Counted from the stretch's first letter, positions 39,181-53,819 are shown. The stretch: 64,000 nt of DNA from Octopus vulgaris (GCA_951406725.2 OX597831.1:14880001-14944000), one strand, 5' to 3'. Numbers and translations are program-made. The notes: a model not told the origin generated them from the sequence alone.

Positions 39181-39262
39181 GTGTGTGTGTGTGTGTATGT
39201 GCGTTTATGGCTGGATAGATTACTATGGACACGACTATACATATGTATATATATATATATGA

Positions 39263-39336
<74 letters not shown>

Positions 39337-39537
39337 ATATACATATATGAATATACAGAGAGAGTAAAGGAGAGAAATATTTTTGGTGATACAAGCATAC
39401 ATGCATACATGCATTCAGAAATAGATACATACATAAATTCATACAAATATGTACATATGAATATATATGCATAAATATATGTGCATGTAAGTATGCATGT
39501 TTTACAGATATTTAAATAATAATTAACTTTAGACTCT

Positions 39538-39662
<125 letters not shown>

Positions 39663-39765
39663 CATACATATAAGTATACATATATGCGTATATATATATA
39701 CATATATATATATGTATATATATACATATATACATATAAATGAATACACATACATACACACACAC

Positions 39766-39800
<35 letters not shown>

Positions 39801-40030
39801 TTCATATATACATAGGCAAATTTGTTGCTGGAAATGCACCTGAAATTTTAAATTAAATTTGTTTACATACATACCGAACTAGTTCAAAGTTTTTGAAACT
39901 ACTTTTTAGTATGTATGTAAATAAATTCGTTTAAATACAATTACAAGTCTTTGAAATTCAGGTGCATTTTATATTGAACAATTAATTCTCATGCATTTTT
40001 TCTGTCGTGGAAATACACCTCTCCTTTTTA

Positions 40031-40126
<96 letters not shown>

Positions 40127-40127
40127 C

Positions 40128-40162
<35 letters not shown>

Positions 40163-40382
40163 AATAGATTAGTGTATTTTTACCTTGTTAACAATTAACA
40201 CGGAAAAAGTTTCGTCTTTTTCACTTTCCTAAAGCGAAGATTGCATTGTTTATACCATTTATTCTTTTGAATAGTATCAGTGGAATTTTCGAAACATGTG
40301 TCGAAAGTAAAATATTTGATTTACACCTGCCTTAAACTCCATTTATTTATTCATATATATATATATTATTCATATAAAAATA

Positions 40383-40468
40383 CAGTGTACATTTAAACAC
40401 ATAAGTGATTGCCCTGACAGGACAGATGTTTTGTTATTGCCATCTGTAATGTATTTAAATGTACACCG
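40383..40468. mobile_element. 86-bp MITE with TA target duplication
   Basis: TA-CAGTGTACATTTAAA...TTTAAATGTACACCG-TA. Confidence 0.65.
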
Positions 40469-40526
40469 TATATATATATATATATCTTGTTGTTGTTGTT
40501 GTTGGTCGTAATTATTCATACCGTTA

Positions 40527-40622
40527 TGCAATTTCTGACGAAGAATCTAATCTTTCAAGAAGAGCTTTTGGCTTTTTGTCTTGGAATGAATTAGACTCCG
40601 AAACAATTTGTAGAATGTGTAT
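40527..40622 (+). ncRNA. Type I hammerhead ribozyme motif with long stem II
   Basis: ATTT-CTGACGA-AGAATCTAAT-C-TTTCAAGA-AGAGC-tttt-GGCTTT..TCTTGGAA..ATTAGACTCC-GAAA-CAATTTG-TA-GAAT. Confidence 0.7.
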
Positions 40623-40629
40623 TGGTTCT

Positions 40630-40789
40630 GTACCAACCTGGATTATGAATTAAAGGTCGTCTCCACGTACAATTTTTCCCTATGCTTCATATATATATGC
40701 TTCATATATATATATATATTTATATATATATGAAGCATAGGGGAAAATTGTACGTGGAGACGACCTTTAATTCATAATCCAGGTTGGCA
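40630..40789. repeat. Near-perfect inverted repeat (~65-bp arms) around (TA)n
   Basis: CCAACCTGGATTATGAATTAAAGGTCGTCTCCACGTACAATTTT.CCCTATGCTTCATA followed by its reverse complement. Confidence 0.9.
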
Positions 40790-41192
40790 CAGGAGTGGCT
40801 GTGTTGTAAGAAGCTTGTCTACCAGCCACATGGTTCCGGGTTCAGTCCCACTGCGTGGCACCTTGGGCAATTGTCTTCTACTATAACCTCGGGCCGACCA
40901 AAGCCAGTGAGTGGATTTGGTAGACGGAAACTGAAAGAAGCCCGTCGTATATATGTATCTATATATATATGCGTGTGTGTGTTTGTGTGTCTGTGTTTGT
41001 CCCCCTAGCATTGCTTGACAACCGATGCTGGTGTGTTTATGTCCCCGTTACTTAGCGGTTCGGCAAAAGAGACCGATAGAATAAGTACTGGGCTTACAAA
41101 AGAATAAGTACCGGGGTCGAGCTGCTCGATTAAAGGCGGTGCTCCAGCATGGCCGCAGTCAAATGACTGAAACAAGTAAAAGGGTGAAAGAG
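40787..41192 (+). mobile_element. Family B SINE, full length
   Basis: Same organisation as 26954-27420. Confidence 0.88.
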
Positions 41193-41868
41193 TATATATT
41201 TATGTGTGTGTGTGTGTGTATATACATATCTATCTATATATATATATTTACGTAAATCTTTATATATGTCCTGGAGTGTTTGTGTGAGTTTCTGTGTATG
41301 TTTGCCCGTGTCTACGTATGTATACATTGTGTATACATTGTGTGTAAACTGCTACGCGTTGGCGTATATTACGTACGATTCTTGTATGCTCGTAAAACCA
41401 TTTTAGGAATCTCAAAGAAACCTGTATAAAGACAGACTAAATATAAATGCCAGTTTTGCTAAATTTGATGTATATAAATGAATATATACTTACAAATATA
41501 TATCCATATATTCATATCAAATTGAAGCTAAATAATATCGATTTTACAACACTCTTTCAGTTCAGCAACCATGTTAATTCGATTTTTCTATTTCATTTGA
41601 TTCTATCCGGAAATATCGCTGGGGGTATCATACTTGAACATTATGACTGCATTAGATATGTAATTGATGTGTAGAACATTACACTCAATCTCGCCAATAA
41701 CGTTTATAATTCGTAACTTTAGCCTTGCATTACGCAAAGTAAGGTAGGCTGTGAATAGTGGAAAAGAGGAAGAAAAAATGCAACTTCGTTCTCAACCGGA
41801 AAATTTAGCTGGAAACAGTTATATTAAATTAAATTTCAAGTATAATAAATTTAATAAGATTGAGCAAA

Positions 41869-41908
<40 letters not shown>

Positions 41909-41930
41909 TGTATACATACATACGTAATAC

Positions 41931-41990
<60 letters not shown>

Positions 41991-42113
41991 CTTTTAAATA
42001 AGGGCAAACGAAAAATTTTCTAATGCCAAATATGCCGAAATTAGACACTGTCCATAATCATATAGGCACGCTACGCAAACAAGGTCGACAGAAATCTCTA
42101 GAAAATTCCACTA

Positions 42114-42170
42114 TTACCATATCGGACCGATTTCAGGGTTAGTTCGTAAGAACCCCCGCTTCGTCAGGCC
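42114..42170 (-). ncRNA. Type I hammerhead motif in repeat 41995-42215 (relatives at 61507-61895 and 62010-62226)
   Basis: CTGACGA-AGCGGGGGTTC-TTAC-GAACTAACCCT-GAAA-TCGGTCCGA-TA-TGGTAA. The 5' arm of stem I is lost in this copy. Confidence 0.6.
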
Positions 42171-42731
42171 ATTGATAAAATTCTTTTTTCGAAAAAAGTT
42201 TATCCTACATTAAATATATATATATATATATATGTATTCATGTATGTATGTATACACAAACACACACACGCATGTATTTGCTCAATTTTATTAAATTGAT
42301 TATATATATAGTGTAAGATATAAGTTAGAGGTTATACAACCATCTAAGGGATAGATGTATCCGTAGGCACAGCTGGTGTACTACTTCAGTATGTATGGAC
42401 CATGTTGCAAGGTATACGGTAGTAGGTAATTTTCAGGTAAAACCGTGGTTTAATACATATATAAACGATAAGAAATGGAGCAAAAATTAACAATGAAAAG
42501 TGCATCATTGGTGTTTAAAAGTCATGACGTTTTAAGCACCAATGATCCACTTCTCATTTTTCATTATTGCACCATTTCTTATCGTGTCTCTCTCTCTCCC
42601 TCCCTCCCTCCCTCCCTCCCTCCAGCCCTCTCCCTCTACATACATACATACATATATATATATATATGCATATTTATCTACTTATATACGTACATAGTAC
42701 ATACACACACACACATATATATATATGTATA

Positions 42732-43438
42732 CGATGTGCGTTGAAATAGTATCCGACTTCAGTTTTTCCCACCAAAAATAATGCTGCGTGGGAGAAATCC
42801 TTGCGTAAGAATTAACGCTCTCTTTTGATACTCAATTCCAAAGCACCCAAAGCATTCGACAGGCCTTTGGCAGTGATACCAGAGTCAAAACGTAGATATA
42901 GGAGTGGTGAACCCGATAAAAATAAGGCCGCACCTCAGTGGAGAGCGTGACACGCTCAGTCGGGATTCAGAAGGTTCGGCAAAAATTCATGGAAGTCCAT
43001 TGTGTAACAATCCAGGAAATTGCTCGGGAAGTGGGAGTAAGTACAAGCTCACTGCATTATATTTTAAGTGAGGATTTGCTCATGCGCACAGTGACAGAGA
43101 AATTCGTCCCTAAGCTAGGTGTTGAGCAGCAGAAGCAGCTCCTCATGAAGATCCTTCGCGACATGTTGGACTGTGAAAACAACGATACAGGCTTCATGAA
43201 AACTAACATCACGGGTGATGAGACAGCGGGGTTGATGCGATTGATAATCCTTCATGAGAACGAAAATCCAACGATGGCGCTCTCCACGTCTGCATTCTAG
43301 GAGTATCAACCAGTAACTGACGCGGTCTACCTCTGCAGAAATTTTAACGCATTCAAAGGACGGGTGGCATCATCTCCTATTCTTTGCGCACACGGAGGTA
43401 GTTTTTGCGGGAAAAAATAGAATCGGATATATTTTGAA
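42732..43438 (+). mobile_element. Internally deleted mariner element
   Basis: TIRs AGTATCCGACT..TTTTTCCC and GGGAAAAA..TCGGATAT. Protein TIQEIAREVGVS..HYILSEDLLMRTVTEKFVPKL..NITGDET. Confidence 0.85.
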
Positions 43439-43606
43439 ATGCTTAGCGGTATTTCATTTGCAGATACGTTCTGAGTTCAAATTCGAACGAGGTAGACTTT
43501 GCCTTTCCTCCTTCGGAGTCGAGTAAAAATGTACCAGTTATCGACTTAACCCCTTTGTCTGTCCTTGTTTGTCCCCTCTATGTTTAGACCCCTGTTGGCA
43601 ATAAAG

Positions 43607-43607
<1 letters not shown>
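43437..43607 (+). mobile_element. Family A SINE, truncated
   Basis: ATGCTTAGCGGTATTTC..GAGTTCAAATTC..GACTTTGCCTTTC. Confidence 0.7.
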
Positions 43608-43676
<69 letters not shown>

Positions 43677-43681
43677 GCACA

Positions 43682-43844
43682 CAGGCGTAGAAGTAGCTGT
43701 GTGGTACGAAGCTTACTTCACAACCACATGGTTCCGGGTTCAGTCCCACTGCGTGGCAGCTTGAGTAAATGTCTTCTAATATAGACCCGGGCCGACTAAA
43801 CCCTTGTGAGTGGATTTGGTAGACGGAAACTGAAATAAGTTAGT

Positions 43845-43920
<76 letters not shown>

Positions 43921-43949
43921 TGTACTTGTGTGTATGTATGTATATATAC

Positions 43950-44019
<70 letters not shown>

Positions 44020-44235
44020 GTCTGTGTACTTGTGTGTATGTTTGTGTTTGTTACCACACCGTCGCTTGACAACCGATGTTGGTGTGCTTATGTCTCCGTA
44101 ACTTAGAGGTTCGGCAAAAGAGACCGGTAGAATAAATATTAGGCTTACGAAGGTTAAGTCCTGAAGTGAATTTGTTCGACTAAAAGCGGTGCTCCAGCAT
44201 GACCGCAGTAAAATAACTGAAACATGTAAAAGAAT
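43682..44235 (+). mobile_element. Family B SINE with expanded internal microsatellite
   Basis: Head and tail are separated by (TA)n(TG)n. Confidence 0.8.
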
Positions 44236-44364
44236 AAAATAGTAAAACAACACACACATATGCATGTATGTATATACATAGGTAGACATACATTATATAT
44301 ATGTATGAATCTATGTATATACATACAGAGATACATAGATGCATACACACACACACACATATAC

Positions 44365-44413
<49 letters not shown>

Positions 44414-44537
44414 TGTGTGTGCTTGTGTGTGCGATATAGATAGATTGTCTAATGTGGTGAACAGATTTTATAAATTATGTAAAAGAAGGTTGTTTGTGTA
44501 CTTGTGCTTTCATCTCTTTCGTTTCTGAGACTCATTA

Positions 44538-44593
44538 AATCATATCTGATGAGTTTCGGAAACGATCCAGATGAAAGCGCTAATTATATGATT
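44538..44593 (+). ncRNA. Degenerate hammerhead-like motif
   Basis: AATCATAT-CTGATGA-GTTTCGG..CCAGAT-GAAA-GCGCTAATT-ATATGATT. Stem I is 8 bp but the stem III register is imperfect. Confidence 0.4.
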
Positions 44594-44699
44594 AGCTCCT
44601 TTGTCTTAATATAGAAAATCTGTACAACACTTCAGACAATCTACACATATCACTATTCGGATGTATACGACATCAGAATTAATGTGTTAAAATCAAAAA

Positions 44700-45300
44700 C
44701 ACAACTGGGTGATACAAGATACGTGTCGGAAATCCTCAGAGGAACATCCAGTAAGTTGAATTTATTTATCTAAAAGCACCGTCAGAAAATACAGCAAATC
44801 TGAACTCATCAGAGAATATGACAGTATCCCAAAATGTTAGAAGCCACTCCACCATGTCTCTGGCTCAAACTTTTCTCCACTTAAGATTGACTGGTGGAAG
44901 ACGTGGCAAGTTCCTTGCTGTTCTGCCATAGTAACCAAGTTTTGTGGAGATACCTGACAGCTGTTCTGAGAATGATATCAACTTGTTCTAATATGTTAGA
45001 GGCCTTGCAACAAGGATTATCCACTACACTTCACTTAACAAAGCAAAGGGTCCTGTCAGAGAGCCGTGGTCGACCTGGGCAAGGTGATGTGGACACCTTC
45101 ACCTCACTGATGAAAGCGCTGTCCCAAGCTGCTCTGCGATTTTACGCTACGTCCACCAGCGGAATGATCCACAACAGGCCTCTTTGAAATTCGGACAGTT
45201 CCGAGGCTTCTTTTGTACATGACATGATTAGACAGTCGCATTCAGAATCTGAAACGTAAAATGTGTCCATTGATAAAAAATATAAACATTTTCAAGTTAA
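44700..45300 (-). mobile_element. Tc1-like transposase N-terminal relic
   Basis: Minus strand ELSEFQRG..SPCPGRPRLSDRTLCFVK*SVVDNP. Confidence 0.55.
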
Positions 45301-45344
45301 ACATAAAACGATTTTTTATGTTGTTTCTATTTAGTTCTTAATTT

Positions 45345-45752
45345 ATTGCCCACAAGGGGCTAAACACAGAGGGGACAAACATGGACAGACAAAGAGATTA
45401 AGTCGATTACATCGACTCCTGTGCGTAAATGGTACTTAATTTATCGACCCCGAAATGATGGAAGGCAAAGACGACCTCGGCGGAATTTTAACTCAGAACG
45501 TAACGTCAGACGAAATACCTATTTCTTTACTACCCACTAGGGATTAAACACATAGGAGACAAACAAGGACAGAGAGGCGGATTAAGTCGATTACATCGAC
45601 ACCAGTGCGTAACTGGTACTTAATTTATCGACCCCGAAAGGATGAAAGGCAAAGTTGACTTCGGCGGAATTTGAACTCAGAACGTAGCGGCAGACGAAAT
45701 ACCGCTAAGCATTTCGCCCGGCGTGCTAACGTTTCTGCCAGCTCGCTGCCTT
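45345..45752 (-). mobile_element. Family A SINE dimer
   Basis: Two tandem units; shares diagnostic variants with 58187-58632. Confidence 0.85.
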
Positions 45753-45778
45753 ATCTATTTCTCTCATGTGTGTGTGCG

Positions 45779-45838
<60 letters not shown>

Positions 45839-46074
45839 CGTGTGTGTGTGTGTGTCTGTTGTGTATTTATCTCCTGAAGAGACATGACTTCACCGTCTAA
45901 TGCTCCTGAGCCAGGTGTTAAGTATACCACCTGTGCGGGATCTGTGCTACATGGGTGTGAAACAATTGTAGTCATTGGTAAAACCCTCGTATCTTCCATC
46001 TTCCGTTTCTCATTAACCGAATATATATACACACGCGTAGGTTTTACTTTCTACTCATTTCCATCACTGTACTG

Positions 46075-46420
46075 ACGCCATGCTGCAGCACCGCAGTAGA
46101 AGTTCTTATTCGAAAAATCCACCCCAACACTTATTCTATCGTCTCTTTTGGCGAACCTCTAGGTTACAGAGACTTTAACAAACCGACAACAATGGTCAAG
46201 CGATGGAGAGGGTGGAACACACACACACACGCACGCGCGCGCACACACGCACCTATATAGTTATATATACGACGGGCTTCTTTCAGTTTCCGTCTAACAA
46301 TTTCACTTACAAGTATTTGTTCGGCCCGAGATTATAGCAAAAAATACTTGCATAAGGTGCCGCGTAGTGGGACTGAACACAGAACCTTGTGGTTGTGAAG
46401 CAAGCGACTTACCACACACC
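46075..46420 (-). mobile_element. Family B SINE, diverged
   Basis: Plus strand CGACGGGCTTCTTTCAGTTTCCGTCT..AGTGGGACTGAAC. Confidence 0.7.
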
Positions 46421-47163
46421 CATGCCACACACAGACACACACATAAATATATATATATGTATACGTATATATGTGTGTGTGAATGTCTGTGCGTGCGTAT
46501 GTGCATGTGTGTGTGTGCATGTGTGTGCGTATGTGTGTATGTGTGTGCGTGTGTATGTATGTGTTTGTGTACGTGCAGGTGTAGATATAATAACCATAGA
46601 TGTCTCTAATTTTCGAACGTTTAAGATTCCACTACTGTGCATGTCTATATATAACTTAAACTACACATATGCATGTATGTATATTTTTTGGCAGATATAA
46701 GCAAGTAGAAAAGCACTCAATACCTGACGTAGACTTTACTAAGCTACTCTTATCCTCTCTGGTAATCCTTTATTACCACGTCAGCTTTCGACTGTTAATC
46801 TAGCAGAATTTCATCTGCCTTAGATACAAGCTTTTTGTATTAATCCTGTAATATTCTTCCTTTTTTCTCAGTCATTTCTCTTTCATGTTCCTTTCTTTCA
46901 TTCTTCGTCTTATTATATTCTAACACCTTGTCCTCCGCCCTCCTGCGGCCCCCTTCTCCTTTTCTTCTTCTTCTTCTTCTTCTTCTTCTTCTTCTTCTTC
47001 TTCTTCTTCTTCTTCTTCTTCTTCTTCTTTTCATCATCATGATCATGATCATCATCATTATGATCATCATGATCATCATGATCATCATTATCATCATTAT
47101 CATTATTATTACTATTACTATTATTATTATTATCATCATCATCATTAGCAGTACTAGCAGTAC

Positions 47164-47208
<45 letters not shown>

Positions 47209-47449
47209 AAGTAGTAGTAGTAGCAGCAACAGTCGTATGCCTGTCGAATATATTGGTTTTCTTTCCAAATCTGATTAAAACAAACTGTATGCCACTGACA
47301 GATTTTCAATGAAAAAAAAAGAAGTACGAACACATACACACACATGGACATAGGTACACGTACGCACACACACATATTCACGCATAGGTACAAACACCCA
47401 TATACTCATGAATTTCTACATATATATTTATACATACACATATACATAC

Positions 47450-47494
<45 letters not shown>

Positions 47495-48493
47495 AACACA
47501 TGTGTATATGTACATATGAATATATTTATGTATATGAATATATGTATATAAATATATACACATATATATATATATATATGCATATATATATACACGCATA
47601 CGTATACATGCACATATACATATTTACACACACACACATATATATATATACATACATACATACATATGTATATTTACATATATATATATATATGCGTGTA
47701 AATATATATACATACATATAGTATATTAATGTATATATAAATATTTTTACATGTACAAATATCTATGAATATATATCTTTGTGTATACATATATATTTAT
47801 GTGTGTATATATATATATATACAAATATATATATATATACTCACACAGACACGCACATATATACATGTATACATATACACACATATATATCCCTTATATA
47901 TCTATTTATTTATTTATTTATTTATTAAATAACGCAAGGCATGCCTTCCTGTCAAGGGACGCAACTACGTGTGTATGTGTGTTAGGTAAAAATTTCCCTT
48001 TTCTCACCTCGCTGTCAAAATAATCTGCCAAGTAATACATTAAATCAAGCCGATCAGTTAATATTTATTCAGTCTCGTATTGCTACTGGAAATAAAGTTT
48101 TACCTCTGTATCGATCTAACTTAATCCTGACGCTTCCATCAAGGGTCGTTGTCACAAGATGCTAGCAAGATGGATGAGGATAACACATCGAAAAAGATAA
48201 AATTGAAACAAAAAAATGATTCACTATTTTACTTCCAGGTTCCTCGCAAGATTGTGAAGATTGTGATGTTGCAAATAGCAAGACATCATGTATTGTATTT
48301 TAGATTAATATTAAAGGCTAACAAAGATCATAGCTTCTTTTCAGGTTTTGTTTCGTAACGTTATAGAACAGTAGACAGACGTACAACACATACAAGCGCG
48401 CATACAAATCTGTAACCACGCATTCACACAGCTATTGCATGCGCGCACATCTATCACTCTGTGTGGCAATTATCTATCTATCTATCTATCTCC

Positions 48494-48650
<157 letters not shown>

Positions 48651-48654
48651 ATTC

Positions 48655-48730
<76 letters not shown>

Positions 48731-49733
48731 GGAGGGGAGGTACGACGACGAGCTCGGGGCGAACCTGGACGTCGACGAGGAGTACCTGACCCGCCTGTTC
48801 AGGACGACTTTCGGGCCAGGGCCCATGGACAACTTCCAGAGATCCCTGGCCTGGCAGTGCTACCGAGAAGCGCTACCCGTTCGGGATAAGCTCTACAGAC
48901 ACGGCTCGAGAAACACGGGGCCGACCTGCCCGAGATGCGGTCAGAGCGACGAAACCGTTCTGCACGCACTCGTTCAGTGTCCAACAATTTCCGACCTGTG
49001 GGCTTATGTCGAACAACTGCTGTCACGTGTGGGACGAGTCGGTTTATCAGCTGAGTCTATCGTCAATATTGTCACGCCTCCTTCCTTCAAACGGGAAGGA
49101 AGAGGTATTTTCATCATCCTTGTGGCTATGGCGAAAGAATGTATCTGGTGGACGCGTCTGAAAGGATTGGAGATAAACACTTTCCTCTCTGGTCAATCTC
49201 TCATCAACTTCTTCAAGTACCACTTGAAAAGGAAAGTGAGAGTAGAGAGGCAAGTTTTGTCTGGCGAATGTTTTAAAAAAAGATGGGTGAATGTAGCAAG
49301 AATGGCACGTATGAATGACGAAGCCACCTTGAGCATAGTCCTATGAACCCAGAAATCGAAAAGAGAGTTGCTTATTTGCAAAAAAAAAAAAAAAAAAAAA
49401 AGAAATATAAAATGTGACTTCATTGACCGAGGTTACCGTGGTCTTTTCCGTAGGCTTTTCTTTCCACGGGTAAACCTCACCTGTCCTCCCCTTTACACTT
49501 CATATTGACATTTCTGTGATAACGATCCCTATTGATCAATTTTTTTTTTTTTTTTTTTTTCTCTCCCTTTTTTTTAACCCCCCTTTTTTTGTCCTCTTTC
49601 TCTCCTTTTACGATCCCTTTGATCGAAACTCCCCTTCCTTTTTTTTTTTTTTTTTTTTAAACCTTCAAAAGAAAAGCTCTACCTTGTAATTTGTTCTATC
49701 TGTGTGCAGCCCTGTGTGGCTAATAAAGAAACA
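48731..49733 (+). mobile_element. Tx1/L1-clade LINE, 5'-truncated (ORF2 C-terminus with CCHC zf-RVT, 3' UTR)
   Basis: [50 protein letters not shown], open to the stop at 49346. AATAAA at 49722. Confidence 0.88.
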
Positions 49734-49765
<32 letters not shown>

Positions 49766-49769
49766 ATTC

Positions 49770-49824
<55 letters not shown>

Positions 49825-49863
49825 ATTCATCTATCTATCTATCTATATGTATGTATCTATCTA

Positions 49864-49935
<72 letters not shown>

Positions 49936-49974
49936 ATTCATCTATCTATCTATCTATATGTATGTATCTATCTA

Positions 49975-50018
<44 letters not shown>

Positions 50019-50022
50019 ATTC

Positions 50023-50061
<39 letters not shown>

Positions 50062-50502
50062 ATGGCACGTATGAATGACGAAGCCACCTTGAGCATAGTC
50101 CTATGAACCCAGAAATCGAAAACAGAGAGTTGCTTATTTGCAAAAAAAAAAAAAAAAAAAGAAATATAAAATGTGACTTCATTGACCGAGGTTACCGTGG
50201 TCTTTTCCGTAGGCTTTTCTTTCCACGGGTAAACCTCACCTGTCCTCCCCTTTACACTTCATATTGACATTTCTGTGATAACGATCCCTATTGATCAATT
50301 TTTTTTTTTTTTTTTTTTTTCCTCTCCCCCTTTTTTTAACCCCCTTTTTTTGTCCTCCTTCTCTCCTTTTACGATCCCTTTTGATCGAAACTCCCCCTTA
50401 CTTTTTTTTTTTTTTTTTTTTTTTTTTAAACATTCAAAAGAAAAGCTCTACCTTGTAATTTGTTCTATCTGTGTGCAGCCCTGTGTGGCTAATAAAGAAA
50501 CA
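50062..50502 (+). mobile_element. Second, shorter copy of the Tx1-like 3' end
   Basis: Nearly identical to 49302-49733; differences are mainly homopolymer lengths. Confidence 0.88.
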
Positions 50503-50534
<32 letters not shown>

Positions 50535-50538
50535 ATTC

Positions 50539-50585
<47 letters not shown>

Positions 50586-50589
50586 ATTC

Positions 50590-50663
<74 letters not shown>

Positions 50664-50724
50664 ATGTATGTATCTATCTATATCTATCTATCTATCTATC
50701 TATCTATATGTATGTATCTATCTA

Positions 50725-50793
<69 letters not shown>

Positions 50794-50927
50794 GTCTGTC
50801 TGTCTGTCTGTCTGTCTGTTTCTCTGTCTGTCTGTCTGTCTTTGTGTCTGTCTGTCAATGAAATGTATGTATGTATTTATATATATATATATACATATAA
50901 ATATAAATATAAATATATATATATATA

Positions 50928-50975
<48 letters not shown>

Positions 50976-51219
50976 CAGTGTTGGCCCAAATTAACCCTAC
51001 AGTAAATCAAAATTCCATTAATACTTAACATTGAATTTCATTTATTCATTCCAATTATGAATGTTTAATAATTGAACTCTGCGAGTTTAAGACTCTGTGA
51101 AATTTTTCGTCATTTGTCTGTTTATTTGCGAAGTCTCATTCAGTTGGTAAAGACGGATAAATCTTGGAATTAAAAGATAAAATGTTAAAATCAGCACTGC
51201 TCAGCGAAAACGTTCGCAG

Positions 51220-51260
<41 letters not shown>

Positions 51261-52147
51261 TTTGCGGGAAAGGAATTCACCTTGGAAACATGTTTTTACG
51301 TGTTCAGGCCACCGCACGTGACCTTCGGCTTATACCTTGATTTATAATCCCAGAGGCGAACAATGCACTGTGGGGAAGACCAGTTATCTCTATGTTTCTA
51401 TTTCTTTATGTTTAAGATTGCCCAAAATCTAACTCCTGATAATCGTTCGTGGTTTGTTTGCGTCCGTGTAATTTAGCAATTGGGGGACGATAGAATAAAT
51501 GGCAGACTTAAAAAAACAGTACGAAGTTGTTGTTCGACTGAATCCTTGAAGTCGGGGCACCAGCTTGTCAGTAGAAGAATGAGAGAAACAAAAGCTAACC
51601 ACGCGTACACACACTCACACATATACACTAATATATCTTTATGCTTTAAATCCCTCTATATCTAAAAAAAAAAGCTTCATCTAGATAAATAACTCAATTA
51701 ATTCGGCTTTTATTGGTCTAACTGCTGTAGTATTCCGAACGTAAACGGTTTCCGTTGCACATACCGAATCTTTATTCAGTCAGACAGCTATCAGCAGCGT
51801 CAGTAAACTTTCAGTCACTGTGGGTACCTTCTAATGATGTGACCCTGAATGCAGTAATATGTTTCTAGCATTGTTACCTCTGCCGTTGGACGATTTTTGT
51901 CAACTACTGATATATATCTGTGTTATTCAACTGTTCGTCTACAGATCATAGTATCTTAGGTCGAATGCGGCAGCTAATTAGGGTTTTAATGATGTATCTA
52001 CTGAAATAAACATGGAAATCTTGTCATAACGTGCATGAAGCTGAATCGAACTACCATTCATAATAATAATAATAATAATGATGATGATTATGATGATGAC
52101 GATGATGATGATGATAATAATAATAATAATAACAATGATAATGTGAT

Positions 52148-52960
52148 ACTGTGCAGGCGCTGTCAGGTGGACAAAGAACGAGCTTGAAGAAATTGCAGAA
52201 GAACTAGAAAAGTGATGAGAATTAACAACGAACCACACCCTAAAAGCTATGCTTACAGACTATATGTGCCTAGAAACAGTGGTGGAAAAGGTTTCATAGG
52301 ATACAAGGTCTGTGTTGGCAACGAGAAAAACAGTTTGGGATGGTACATCAAACAGCAGAGTAAATTCTTGCTTGATTCTGTTAGAATTAACAATACCTAC
52401 CGAAAATGTTATGCAGCCGCAAACATTTCAAAAACAAGATGAAAAAGAGAGAGTAAACAACGGGAGGATGAAACCCATTCATGGGCAAACCTTCAGAGAA
52501 ATCGAAGGAAAAGACAAGATCGACATTTGGAGATGGCTAGGAAAAAGTGATATGAAAGGATGCAGTGAGGTATTGATATGCAAAGCCAAAGAACAAGCTC
52601 TGAGAACTAATGATACCAGGTTCCAAATAGATGTGAGTAGCGAATCGCCCCTTTGTAGGATGAGTGACAGCAGAAACGAAACAATCTCATATTGTGAGTG
52701 TAGCAAAGTGGCACAAAAACACTTCAAAAGGAGGCACGATAACGTGGCTAAGATCGTCCACTGGCGGCTATGTGAAAATTACAGACTGAAAAGAGAACAG
52801 AAATGGTGTAAACATGAGCCAGGTATCACCGAAAATAAACAACATAAGACTCTGCGAGATTTTACAATCCAATGTGACTCCCTAATGGAGGCACGGAAAC
52901 CAGATATTGTTGTGGTAGATAAAGGAAAAAAAGAAAGATCATAGATATGGCAATATCTAT
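52148..52960 (+). mobile_element. Older R4/Dong-clade fragment
   Basis: WTKNELEE, HPKSYAYRLYVPRNSGGKG, IHGQ, EQALRTN, KRRHDNVAKIVHW, ARKPDIVVVDK. Preceded by (TAA/TGA)n. Confidence 0.85.
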
Positions 52961-53754
52961 AAAACTACTCTGCACATATAATAATAACCATACCAACAAT
53001 CCAACATGCCTCCCTCATCAGCTGCCCCAAGGATATCACTATGGTTTCGACACCTGCTTTATTATAAATGTCGGTACATATCTTATTGTTGTCCTTGATT
53101 ATTAAATTGACATAAATTAATTAATATTCTTTATATTATTACCATTTCATGTGGCTTTAAGCTCCGTAGGTTATATTTTGATGGGCAAAATTTCAACAAC
53201 AAAACACATATTTATATATATATATGTGTGTCTGTATAAATAGGCGCATGTGTACTGTCGCAATACTCCCATTGACATTGAATAGGTAGAACAGATATGC
53301 TGTTGGTATTAAGAAACAGATTTTGCACCTGGTTTTCAGATATAACCTCTAACGGAATCATTCATCGATCGAGGAAATCATCAACAAGATATAATTCAAT
53401 AAATAAATAGCCGTCATTGTATGTGGTCGTGAAGTAAAATTGCAACATTTAATGTAGTTTAAAAAAAAAATTAATTAATGAACTATTGAAATTTATTTTT
53501 AGAATGACGACGATAAAAAATAGATGCATGAAAATTTTAATTGCTCGTCAGAGATCAATTCCATAACAAAATGCAAACAACAAGATGTTAAAGGTGAAAA
53601 CATAAAACAACGTATTGATAATTGATGTCCCACACACACACACACACACACTCACACACACATACACACACATACACACACACGCACACACACACACATG
53701 GACACACACACAGATATATTTATTGATACCCAAACGCGAACCTGAAAGTACGTA

Positions 53755-53819
<65 letters not shown>

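Noticed and set aside
51745-51800. Minus-strand CTGACTGA..GGAAACCG hammerhead-like string
   Set aside because: Core spacing is wrong and the helices could not be formed.
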